Shown here: one piece after another, positions 25,661-37,753 of the stretch
Layout of the letters: each line of letters opens with the position of its first letter
Numbering within the stretch: the stretch's first letter is position 1
Notes under the pieces: generated by a model
The model's database searches: none
What the model was told of the DNA's origin: nothing
Seen by the model: only the letters and a program-made list of their open reading frames with translations
From: Octopus vulgaris
Lineage: Eukaryota
DNA: 64,000 bases
Reading direction: 5' to 3'
NCBI GenBank assembly: GCA_951406725.2
Contig: OX597815.1
Span: 20,708,001 to 20,772,000 of the forward strand
Position numbers and translations under genes: made by a program

Positions 25661-26312
25661 AAATTTTTGCATAAGGCCAGCAGTTTTAGGGGAGAATTTA
25701 GTCGATTACATTGATCCCAGTGCTTAACTGCTACTTATTTTATCTTACCCTAAAGGCGTTAAGGGTATCGCGAAAGGCTTTGCTGGAGGTCCAACCTTCC
25801 GAGTTCTTAGAAAAACTGAAGGACCACTGCAATAAGTGTGTGAATCTGAGAGGGGAATGTTTTGACTAAAATCGTAATTAACTGATGCTCCTGCATTTTC
25901 TTTCACCCAAAGTCAGGAGCTTTTCAGCACCTCTCTTGGTATTCCTCTAATAGAGATAGTGATACTTCAAAAGATCGTGAATACAATAAAATTTAAGAAA
26001 AATGTGGAAGTTCAAAAGAGGTCTTCTATCTGCCATACATATTGTAATAGATGTGCCAACGTTCTCAAGACTTTATAAGACTTGATAATAATTCAAAATT
26101 TCTCAGCGAGTTTTATAACACCTCTGTACCTGACAAATGTAAATAACAGCAACAACAATAATAATAATAATCCTTTCAACAGTGGGCACAAAGTCTGAAA
26201 TTTTAGGGGAGGAGTCTACTCGATTAAATTGACCCGAATACTCAACTGGTACTTTATCAGGTTCATGACTGAAGGGAAAATATGTGTACACAGAATGACA
26301 TATAAATACAGA

Positions 26313-26674
26313 TCTATTATATAAAATCCGTTCTGTCTGTGTGTGTGTGTCTTTTAGGATATCAGGCATCCTCCATCTGATTGCGCTCAAATTTGATATG
26401 TAGACGCCGACGGTATCAGGGCGTGTATAAGTCTTGAAAAAATTACAAAAATCGATTCCAGGTGAGAATGCGATCGATAAAGCCGTGGGAATGTGCATTT
26501 GTACGCTCAAGTACATCAGTCGAAATTTGTCTTTTGCTGGTGTCTCAAATTTAGGTTAAATCAGTGTTTCTCAAAGGGGAGGCCTATGGGACGGTCGGAC
26601 AAGTTGTTTTGAGAAAATTTGGTTTAAATGTTTGACAACTCAGCACCGTCTATTGGACGGGGCGCGTTTTGCTC

Positions 26675-26675
<1 letters not shown>
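26313..26675 (+). mobile_element. Non-autonomous Helitron
   Basis: A|TCTATTATATAAAA 5' end, subterminal hairpin CCGTC-tattg-GACGG, CTCG|T 3' end, no TSD; second copy at 44991-45384. Confidence 0.75.
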
Positions 26676-26739
<64 letters not shown>

Positions 26740-26959
26740 GAAGGGATCCTCTGCTGGGTTCCAGCATGGTTACAAGACCATACGATTTGAAGGAGAAAAT
26801 AATCAATGAACTTAACTTTATATATAACATACATATTTTATGTGGAATATTGAATCATCAGTTTTAGCATTTTCACTACTCTGCTGGCAGAGTCGAGCTT
26901 TTTATGTCTGATGCTTCGATAAAACTATCGGAAACAGGAGTAAGCCAATGAAGTTCATA

Positions 26960-27009
<50 letters not shown>

Positions 27010-27019
27010 GTATATATAC

Positions 27020-27298
27020 ATATCACCGTGACCGACCAGGCTATCAGATGTTGGTACACATCGCTGTTGGTCACAATGCGCTTCTCATTGTTTTAGCCTT
27101 CAAATGACGCCACCCCGCTGGCTAAGCGAGCAGGCCGACAGAAGAAAGAGTGAGAGAAAATTGTGGTGAAAGAGTACAGCAGGGATCGCCACTACCCCCT
27201 GCCGGAGCCTCGAGGAGCTTTATGTGTGTTCGCTCAATAAACACAACGCCCGGTCTGGGAATCGTAACCGCGATCCTATGACCGTGAGTCCGCTGCCC
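27020..27298 (-). mobile_element. SINE family D (same tail as 14447-14740)
   Basis: Near-identical to 14447-14740. Confidence 0.8.
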
Positions 27299-27842
27299 TC
27301 CATACACACACATACACATACACACACACGCATATATATATATATATATAAGGATAAACACAAACCAGATGGTCAAGATTGGAAAACTTATTTGCTCCAT
27401 CAGAGCTGATGCAAGGCTAATACACAACATTTCAATTGAATATTGAAGCAATTTCTCAGTAAGTAAAATATTACAAGGTTTTCATATAATGACAGGTTCA
27501 CAGAATTCGCCAGAGAACTAGGAGCGTTGTTGGGTGGCCGTCATTAATTGATGAAATTCAGGTGCCACTGAAGAGATGTAATATAAGAAAATATATACAT
27601 ACGTACACTCACACACACAACACCCACGTACAACACACACACACACACACGCAAATCATCATCATCATTATTATCATTGTGCATCTCCAAGATCAGACTT
27701 AGTGAATGCATCTTCCAAGTTTCAATCAATTTTAGTCTCGAAGATTCCAAGGTGACCTTACCTTTGACAAGACTGTAATCATCAATGCTAACGATATACT
27801 AACGATGATGATAACAGGCGAAATCATGACTAATTAAAAGAT

Positions 27843-27902
<60 letters not shown>

Positions 27903-27914
<12 letters not shown>

Positions 27915-28197
27915 AAAGTGTATTACGCCGCTATATATATGTATATATAAAATACAAAATGGGACAAGAACGCAAAATATCCGGACAGCTAGGCGATACA
28001 AAAAGGGACAACAAAACAGCCAGTTAGACGATTCGAAGAATGACTCGTCCTTGTTTTCTTTGTATCGTCTATCTGGATGTTTTGTTGTCCCTTTTTGTAT
28101 CACCTAGTTGTCCGGATGTTTTGCGTTCTTGTCCCAATTTGTATTTTATATACATATACATATATAGCGGCGTACATACACTTTGTTCTCTCTCTCT
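27903..28197. repeat. ~295-bp fold-back palindrome
   Basis: Arms 27903-28032 and 28064-28197 are reverse complements with few mismatches. Confidence 0.9.
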
Positions 28198-28390
28198 GTC
28201 TGTATATATATATATAATTTCAATAATTGAGGGTAAAATTAATTAATTATTAATCAATTTCACCAAGTATTCAGTATGTAAAGGGACCATTTAAGGCGAA
28301 TTCAAATTATTACATTATATAAAAGGGCTTAGTAAAATAAATTACTTTGCCACATACTGAACTCATTAGAAATAGTAGCTAAAAACCTTT

Positions 28391-28494
<104 letters not shown>

Positions 28495-28554
28495 TGTGTC
28501 TGGCTGTGTGTGTGTATAATGGTTCATAAAACAGGAAAAATGGATGACAGAGAA

Positions 28555-28792
28555 ACGAATAAACGATTATCTTATAAACTGCATTAGCTTCAAGCTGTTT
28601 CTACTATGAGATGCAGTGGACTCATAGTTGAGTGCATATAACACCTTATACCTTCATCGAATCCTCAAACATATTTGGTAAAGTGAGTGTAACTGTTTTC
28701 TCAAATAAATTGTACTTCGTGTTTGATGCTCCGATAAATCTATCGGAAACAGTTGTAAGTTAATGAAGTTCACAAGATAATCGTTTATTCGT
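28555..28792. repeat. Inverted-repeat-bounded unit carrying hammerhead 3' halves (GAAACAGYT..)
   Basis: Arms 28555-28601 and 28746-28792; related sequence at 26905-26962. Confidence 0.6.
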
Positions 28793-28920
28793 CAGTCATG
28801 GTTTTTTTTCAATTACTGCTCTATACTCGACTAACGCCTCGTTCAGAAGCATACATATATTGAGTTTCTACACCAGGCTATTAGTATCGCAATGCTAAAG
28901 CGAAATATATATATAATACA

Positions 28921-28988
<68 letters not shown>

Positions 28989-29027
28989 ATATATATGTAT
29001 GTATATATATATATAATATACATACAT

Positions 29028-29102
29028 GTATGTATACATATTGACAAGTTGTGGTGCACCTGAGCACTCTATACAATAATTTCATCATCATTATTATTAT
29101 TT

Positions 29103-29158
<56 letters not shown>

Positions 29159-29240
29159 TGTATGTATACATATTGACAAGTCGTGGTGCACCTGAGCACT
29201 GTATACAATAATTTCATCATTATTATTATTATTTTATGTA
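29028..29240. repeat. Tandem duplication of an ~80-bp unit separated by (TA)n
   Basis: tatgtatacatattgacaagt(t/c)gtggtgcacctgagcact..ataatttcatcat occurs twice. Confidence 0.9.
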
Positions 29241-30354
29241 TATATATATATATATATATATAATACAGTATATATTTATACATATATGTATATAATCACA
29301 AACGCATATACATGCATAATTTCCATACGTGTGCGTGTTTGCGCCGGCGTTCGTAAAGGAAGTAGTATTTCGGGGGAGAAATAGACAGGCATGTAATATT
29401 AATCTTCTATCTTATCCATATGTAAATGTGCACAGACACAGTAAGCAGGCAGAAACTCACATATACCTAAATAGAAACCAACGCCTATCTATTTATATGT
29501 ATGTGATTTCGTGTGTCTCTTTGTGCGTGTCTCTTTGTGCGTGCCTCTTTGTATGTACATGTGTACATAAGCGTCGGTGAGCGGACGATTTTGTGTGTCT
29601 TTGTGTATGTGTGTCTATGTGGTTGAATGTGCGTATGCATGCATGCACGTGTATGTCTGTCTACGTGTATCTGTAAGAAATCCTGAGAAACATTTTTTTT
29701 TTTTTGTAATATAATGTCGTCATCATTTTGTGTTCAAAATGTACGGAAATTATTTCTATGAAATTGGTTAAATTAGTGTCAGAGATCTCAAACTCATGTG
29801 ATCTGTAATGATAAATCAAGTTTTTGAAAATAGTAATTTAAAGAAATATATAGTATTTTTCAACTATGTATTAGAGTCTTTGGAAAAAGTTAGTTCCATA
29901 TATTGAGAATATTAATTTCTTAAAGACGGAGATCTATTGTCTGCTCAAAGATCCAAAGTGAATCAAAGATTGAAGAGAGAAAAGAGGGAATTATAAATAG
30001 AAGAAGGAGGAGAAGAATAAGAAAATAAAAAGAAGAGGAGGGAGGAGACAGCTACTTGATCTCTTGAGTTTCTAGCGATTGATATCCTAGCCAAACAATA
30101 TTGCTAGTCGATTTATGGGGAAATACAACAAGCCTAGCTCTGAGTGCTTCATTGATTTGACAATAGCTGTCTTATTTATGGAGAAGCAATATGTGTATAT
30201 TTGTGCATTTATGTGTGTTTTATGCGTTTTTTATGTAGGAAGCTGCTTAGAAGAGAGTAGTCACGACAATGAAAACAGAAAAAGTGCATTGAAGAAGAAA
30301 GCAGTTGATGAATGGACGCAGAGGAAATGTGTATAGATGTTGAGGGAACAGTGA

Positions 30355-30456
30355 GAAAAGAAGAAGAAGAAGAAGAGAAGGAGAAGAAGAAGGAGAAGAA
30401 GAAGAAGGAGAAGGAGAAGAAGGAGAAGAAGGAGAAGGAGAAGAAGGAGAAGAAGA
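30355..30456. repeat. Polypurine (GAA/GGA) compound microsatellite
   Basis: Directly visible. Confidence 0.9.
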
Positions 30457-30904
30457 CGTAGTTACGTGTAACCAATGAACCATAACAACAAATCAAATCA
30501 AAAGATTTTGTGATTAGCATGTAAAAGAGCTGAATCAGAGTTCAGTGACTTTTGGGAATGCTCTTAATGTCTCTTACTCTTTCAGATAGTTGAAATATCG
30601 ATGAAATTGAATTAGAAGGTGGGACTAAATAAGAGCCATCAAATAGAATAGAAGAAATCAAGGGAAGAAAAGACACATCTAGCTTCCAAAAGGATTCCTC
30701 AAGAGAGATTCAAGTTGGAATTGCTCGAAAGCAGACAAAAACTTTTCACTATATTTTATTTTATTTTGTTTTATTTTGCTTTATATATTTCATGCTTGAC
30801 AAAAGAAAAGAATTGATGAATTCATTTACATACATACATACATATCCACACACATATATACATATACATATTTATTTAATACACACACACACACACACAC
30901 ACAC

Positions 30905-30936
<32 letters not shown>

Positions 30937-31789
30937 ATGTATGTATGTGCATGCCTACTTTCCTGAAACTCATTAAATATAGAATTTCTTTGTGTTATTT
31001 GAATACGGGTTAATTTTTTAAATCCCTCCCAGATATTTTATTATATTCTCACCTATAAATCCTACAAATATGAAAAGAGGATTCCAAAAGAGAATATTTT
31101 TTATTTATTTATCTATTTATTTCATCAATATTTGCTTTCTTTTCAGCTTCTTCGATACAGATTAACGAGCGTCATTTTTGTAGTAAGTCAACATCTGTCA
31201 ATACAATTACTGTATATTTCTTATAATATTTCTATATCTTAAATTTCCGCAAAATCTCTACTGTATTTTCGTATATGGTTTAGTCAGAAAATGGAGGACA
31301 GCGTGGCTTGAAAGACTAATGGGAAAAAAAGAAGAGAGGAGGGATGTTACCCTCAGACTGGAGGCCGTGCCTGGATGCTTGCAACGCATTGAATTCTTTT
31401 ATAGACACACAAGTCGGTTGTTAGACATGCCCTCAGAAAAATAAGACTCTGCTATCTCAAACTACTACAGTGCATCTAAAAGACTGTCAACCTAACTTCA
31501 CACATAAATTGTACGTAAACCTCGGGTTAACCTCGGATTATCGTAAAATATTACATGCTCATTTGCTGCATTGTTGGGCCTAACCTGAAACCCATGTAAC
31601 TATGAAGAAATTCTTAAACCTCTGCTTGCCGTTGCTTTTTAACTAATTCTACTACTCTAATAAGTTCTGTTTACCTGAATGAACCAACCTTAAAAATAAA
31701 ATCAGTAACTCTAGGGATTCAAAGTTATTTTATACGGCTAACAAATAATAAGCAAGCAGATTCAATTAAATTTACGCATATTTTACTCT

Positions 31790-32330
31790 CTTTTGTAGAC
31801 TAGTCATAGAAGGAAGTACTATGCAAGATCTCATGGCTTATGCAAGATGTCTGTGACTGGTTACATTTATGTGGTAGATGTTCAAACTCGAAGGCTACCT
31901 ATGGGAAAACATACTGGAGAAAGGAATTTCAGAGGGCTGAAGACCTAGTGTGGATGAACTGGATAAGGGTTAGTGCGCGGTCTTGGAAATTAGATACAGA
32001 ATAAGCATCGAGTGGTGGAGAAACGTGTGAGATAGATAAGCTTGGGTGAAAATAGTATGCTACGAACTAGCTCGGAGGAGCAGAAGCTGTTGTAGAAGTG
32101 GCAGAAGAGTAAAATCGGTAAGACAGCATGGCTGAAATTCAGAGGTAAAAGAGTGACCGTTGATTCTGATACAGGTAATACTCAGTGTGGATATCATCAG
32201 AGAAAATATTTGAGTAGGGATAGAATCAGATTGTTTGTAACTGAGGGATTTCCTTTAAAAACACTCAAGAACTATGTGGCGGAGAGTAAACTAGATGGCA
32301 TGACAGTCCTCCCTTCCATTATACAAAAGT
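31790..32330 (-). mobile_element. Degraded CR1/L2-type LINE 3' fragment
   Basis: Minus translation ..LLFCHFYNSFCSSELVR..TRFST..FPRPRT.. then SAL*NS..YVFP, matching the LINE ORF2 C-terminal pattern; stops and frameshifts. Confidence 0.6.
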
Positions 32331-32674
32331 CAATGTTATATTATCGTTGTACTAGCACTGAGTGGGAGTCAGAATGGTAAATGAAGGGAATTTAACATTT
32401 TATAGTGTCATATCCCACTAATTTTTAAAAAACCAATATTATTGAATTGTACCAAACTTCGGGAAATGACTAAAATTAAGTATAATTTTGATTTGAAAAT
32501 AAAATATTGTTTTAGCATATGAGAAAATTGAAAATAATATCAATAAAACTTTCTAAATAACTTATAAATCCTTTATCCTATTTCGTTGTATACTGTTACA
32601 AACATACTAAATTGATATCTGCGAAAAAAACATGCTTCATGTAATATAATATAATGTTTATATATATATATGTA

Positions 32675-32720
<46 letters not shown>

Positions 32721-35700
32721 TATGTATGTATATATATATATATATATATGCATACATATATACAGTGTGCTATAGATAGACAGCTAATTATATGTCAAGT
32801 AGTGTATCATATATGTGTGTATGTATGCATGTATGTGTGTGTATGCATGCATATGTGAGTATGTATGTATGTATGTGTGTGTGTGTGTGTGTATGTGTAT
32901 GCATGCATATATGTGTATGTATGTTTGTAACAATTATCTGCGTACTATTGTATGATATATATTTTCGACTCGATATATATTGAATTGTAGAATGCACTTT
33001 GAAAATTATATTAGTTATCAAATTGCTATATTAATAGAGGGGATTTTAATCCAAGTTTCCACGGTATTTCGAAAAGCAAAAATATTGAAAATTAAGAGAA
33101 AAGGCAGTATTGATTATTTAATTTACAAAGACCAACTATTTTAGATGATTGCTTTTTTATTCTTCTTACTCAGTCATTGAAGATATAGTGAGTTGAAATA
33201 TATTAAGGCACGTGAAATTCATGGAAATCTTTTGTGAAGAACCAATGTTAAAATCTCAACAGGATCAGTTCTTCTAAAACTTCACCATGTCTATGATTTT
33301 TACCTCTTCATCCTTCTGATAATTCTTGATTCTAATAATTTTACTTAACTGCCTTAAAACCACCAAGTTAGAATTAGAAGACAACGAACATTAGCCGCCC
33401 ACTGATATTAACTAAAAAAAAAAAAAAAATCAGTGAGCATGAATGTCATTTGATATTATTGGAGTGTGTCTATAATTTTCCAAGTTGCTCCATATTTGTA
33501 CAGAGCTTAAAAGTTTGGTGATTTTACACAGTACACAACTTTTCAATATCGTAGCTTTATTCCGTAGATCAAATATCGCAAAGATTAATCCTTTCTTATC
33601 GCCTTGAAATATTCCCATTTAAAGAACCGAATCTTTTATATATAGAAGGAAACATCAACTCTGAAGCTTAATATTTTCATCAAAAATGTTTCCTAAAAAT
33701 ACTCATTATTCTTCAAATATATTGGAATCGGGAATTTTTCTGGTACTGTCAGTCCAAATATATGCCGTGCAGAGAACCTATTTAATTCGTAAATGTTACC
33801 TTACTGAAGCATTTTACACACTTCTCATCGACATATAACCCTTATTCAGTATCTTATCCCACTATTATTAATATAAACATCACACCAAACATTATGCAGT
33901 CTTTTATTCACAGAACTTTCCAAAACTCCATTTGTGGAGTACATTTTTCTGTAATACTAAACAAGTAGCTGGTAAAATCGTATGGGTCTCGGTTAAAATG
34001 CCTTGCAGGATTTCTCCCGGTTCATTAAATTCTAATTTCAATTCCTAACATGGTTGATTTTATTTTTTCATCCCTCCGGGATCGATACAATACAGTACAA
34101 GCAAGTGCAAGAGTATATCATATCGACTACACTCACACCTAAAAATTACTGGACTCTTGCCTAAATTAGAAATAGTTATTTCAAAAAGTATTTACAGAGA
34201 TGTTGAGCTTAATAAAGAAAATCTATAATCAAAGATATTTAAAATGTCCAGATGTTCAATACCATACTTTTTTCGGACTCTTTATAACTGAAACTACATT
34301 ATGCAAAATAATCTTTAAGACGTCGCGTGTGATTTGATTTATCTAATATTCTAGTCTGTCGAGCAACGTGTAGAGGTTTCGTCTTTGGTTTGGATTTATA
34401 ACTAAGAAGGGTCTCACAACACAAAGGTATGCAACAGCAAAGTACTAGGCGTTAAATGTGTACTGTAATTTTTGTTACTTTCTGAAAGAAGTATCTTTAC
34501 AATTTTTTAAAGCTTAGTCACAGGAGAGAGACACTTATGATGTTTCTGAACGGCCTTCCATATTAATAGGAAAAAGAAGGAACTTGGAACGATTACTTGA
34601 AACAGAGTGGACTCAGTTAAAAATATTCAAGAGACAGTTGATGGTTTCAAACTGGAAGATGCATTACGTCAACCACCCAATAACTCAAATGCATCCAGCG
34701 GACATCTGCAAAGCTTCCGTCTTCCCAGTTTACTCACAAGGTTTGGATTAATCTGTTTTGTAGTCAAGAAGCGATCATCATTTAAATCACTCATTTATTT
34801 TGAAATGTTTAAATGGAGATACAGAAACACATACTGTCTTTAAATCACTTTCTGTGGTTTTTAGAGAACAAGGTTATCTATTTCTGATTTACTAGCCACG
34901 AGTAATATTTCATTCTTCAAGTTACTGACACGATAAAACAGCAAACCTATTTCTTTCTAACCTCCGTTCCTTTTTGCCCTGATTTTTTATTGAGGAAGGA
35001 GCATTGTCCAAAACGTTTTTATAATTAGAACGTAAATTATATTACTTTGTATTCCCGTGGTTAGTTTCTTTTCCTCAAATCGACTTAGATATTTTATATA
35101 TTGACGCACATTTCATATGCCGATACACTGTATTGAACTTGTAGTAAATTTTCAACTGCTTCTTCTTCAAAATGTTGCGGACCAATAAGTCGAAATTATA
35201 TTCTCTTTTATAGGAACTGACTAATTACGGTTTACAAATGCTACTTACAGGAAACTGTTAAATATAATTCATAGAAGCACTAGAATTTTGTATTAATCAG
35301 ACTACTTGTTAAAGAGTAAAATGTTACGCAATTCAGTTATCGTTCATAGACATCAGTAGTTTTCTTGCGTCAGTTTAAGACTATTCTGCATTTATGAAGT
35401 ACTTCGATTATTCAAGGAGCCAACGAAAAGGACTCAATGTGAACGAGATAACTGCTAGAAGTAGCACACAAATATCCTAGAATCCTACTCTACTTTCTTA
35501 AAAAGAAAGGACACATCTTAATCATAAGGATCTATTTATGTTGTCTGAATAAAAGACACAATGGTCGAGGTTTGAATATGACTGAAGCCTAAATTCCGAT
35601 TTGGGCTTCAACCAAAAACAACAATGACAATACTTTCAGTACCTGAATAAGAAATATTTCGATAGAAGTATTTCGGATCCAAAAATGTATACATGTTTGA

Positions 35701-36506
35701 AGATTTTATGCTAAATTTAACTGCAAATAAGATAATATATGACGATATAATCTAATTAGCTGTAAGAGGTCGTAAGAAATGTGAGTAAAAAAGTTTCTCC
35801 GAAAGATAAATATGGAAGCATTATACATAGTGAGTGCAATTTTAATTCCCCTTTTCGACAGTGCTAATGATAAATAATATAATTATGACGAAATAAGACT
35901 TTCCTCTTATAATTTCTTACAATGCAGATACAGAAGATTTATTCTATATCTGAAAGCAGTATTCTATATATTCTTTCAAAGCAATTTTTTTCTGTGACTG
36001 CAGATTATTCTTTCAACGCAATATATATTTTTTAACGCTAATTTCTTAACGTATTTTATTCTTTTAAACGAATATTCTTTTTAGTCATTTTCTCCCTACA
36101 ATGTGAATTATTTTTCAACGCAGTTTATTCTCGCAGCGCGAATTATTGTTTTAATACGTGTGTCTTTGTTTGTTTGTTTGTTTCTTTCTTTCTTTCTTTC
36201 TTTCAGCTCCATTTATTCTTTTAATGGGAGTTATTCTTCCAATACTATTTTAAAGTAAAAATAAATATTGTAAAAATTAGAATATATATACAGAAGAAAG
36301 TAAGTGCTGAAAACTATAGCAAAGCATCGCAATAGAAATATTCTAATTTATAAAATGACTTGATTTTCTATAGTTATAGTAAACTCTTTTTCTCGGTTGT
36401 TTTCTGCACAAAGTAGAATATTGCGTTTGATGTGTCATGAATGAATTTAAGGAAAATGTATTTTTGCCAAATCTTTAATAATAGCTTCTAAAATATCCTC
36501 AATATG

Positions 36507-36987
36507 TTCAGGCAGACTCGAACGTGAATATCACATCTCTATTCTTTTCCACCGCCGGAGAACGGCTCTATCCTTCAGGTGATTCTCCGATGTAACGGTC
36601 TTCGAGACACCGCGGCATTCTGACCTCCATGTGTGTTTCCCTAGTCGAAGCTACTCTGCAGTCGCATGAGCTCTTGTTTGTAGAAATCAGCAAATAAATT
36701 ATTAGCTGATGCGTGCAGATGCCTCTGCCCGCAGAACATCAAGAATTTCAAAATTAACGTATCTATTCTTAAGACGATGTGGCAAATTCGAACGGTCTAG
36801 TTGTGGGATTACTTCGACAAAGGAGACACCAGAGTAAGGTCGAAACACCGCGGTCTCTCGAAGTTCCCATATACCAGTAAATCCGCGAATCAACTGTGTT
36901 ATGAACGCACATCATCTAAAGAGAGGAGGCATTCTCCGGTGGCCAAAAGCAACATCGATCAGATATTCACCATCGAATCTGCCAGAA
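36507..36987. other. Long imperfect CpG-rich fold-back; candidate structured RNA or ancient fold-back element
   Basis: Collinear complementarity of 36507-36660 with 36800-36987, plus small internal hairpins. Confidence 0.65.
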
Positions 36988-37102
36988 TGCATTAAGAATG
37001 GATACATTATTGTTTGGGTTCCCACTGCTCTGACTTTAGGAAGTGGTATTATATACACTACCTGATCTTAAGTTACTATATATATAGATATGTGCGTATG
37101 TA

Positions 37103-37440
37103 TGTGAAGGCGCATGCCTCAGTGGTTAGAGCGTCGAGCTTCTGATCGTGAGGTTGTGAGTTCGAATCCCGGACCGGGCTGCGTGTTGTGTTCTTGAGCA
37201 AGACATTTTATTTCATGTTGCTCCAGTTAACTCAGCTGTAGATATGAGTTGCGACGTCACAGGTGCCAAGCTGTATCTGCCTCTTTGCCTTCCCCTTGGA
37301 TAACACTGATGGCGTGGAGAGGTGAGACCGGTATGCATGGGCGACTGCTGGCCTTCCATAAACAACCTTGCCCGGACTTGTGCCTCGGAAGGTAACTTTC
37401 TAGGTGCAATCCCATGGTCAGTCATGAACGAAGGGGGTTT
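37103..37440 (+). mobile_element. tRNA-derived CORE-like SINE (family B head, different tail)
   Basis: ggcgcatgcctcagtggttagagc..gagttcgaatccc..tgtgttcttgagcaagacatttt. Confidence 0.8.
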
Positions 37441-37454
37441 CAGCATATATATAT

Positions 37455-37613
37455 GTGACAGGCTTCTTTCAGCTTCCGTCTACCAAATCCACTCACAAGG
37501 CTTTGGTCGGCCCGATGCTATAGCAGAAGATACTAGACCAAGGTACCACGCAGTGGGACTGAATACGAAACTATGTGGTTGGTAAGCAAGCTACTTACGA
37601 CACAGTCACTTCT

Positions 37614-37620
<7 letters not shown>
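37455..37620 (-). mobile_element. SINE family A 5' half; its first ~47 nt are duplicated inverted at 37661-37708
   Basis: Matches heads at 6600-6712 and 59570-59728. Confidence 0.75.
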
Positions 37621-37662
<42 letters not shown>

Positions 37663-37704
37663 ATGCGCAGGAGTGACTGTGTCGTAAGTAGCTTGCTTAC
37701 CAAC

Positions 37705-37753
<49 letters not shown>

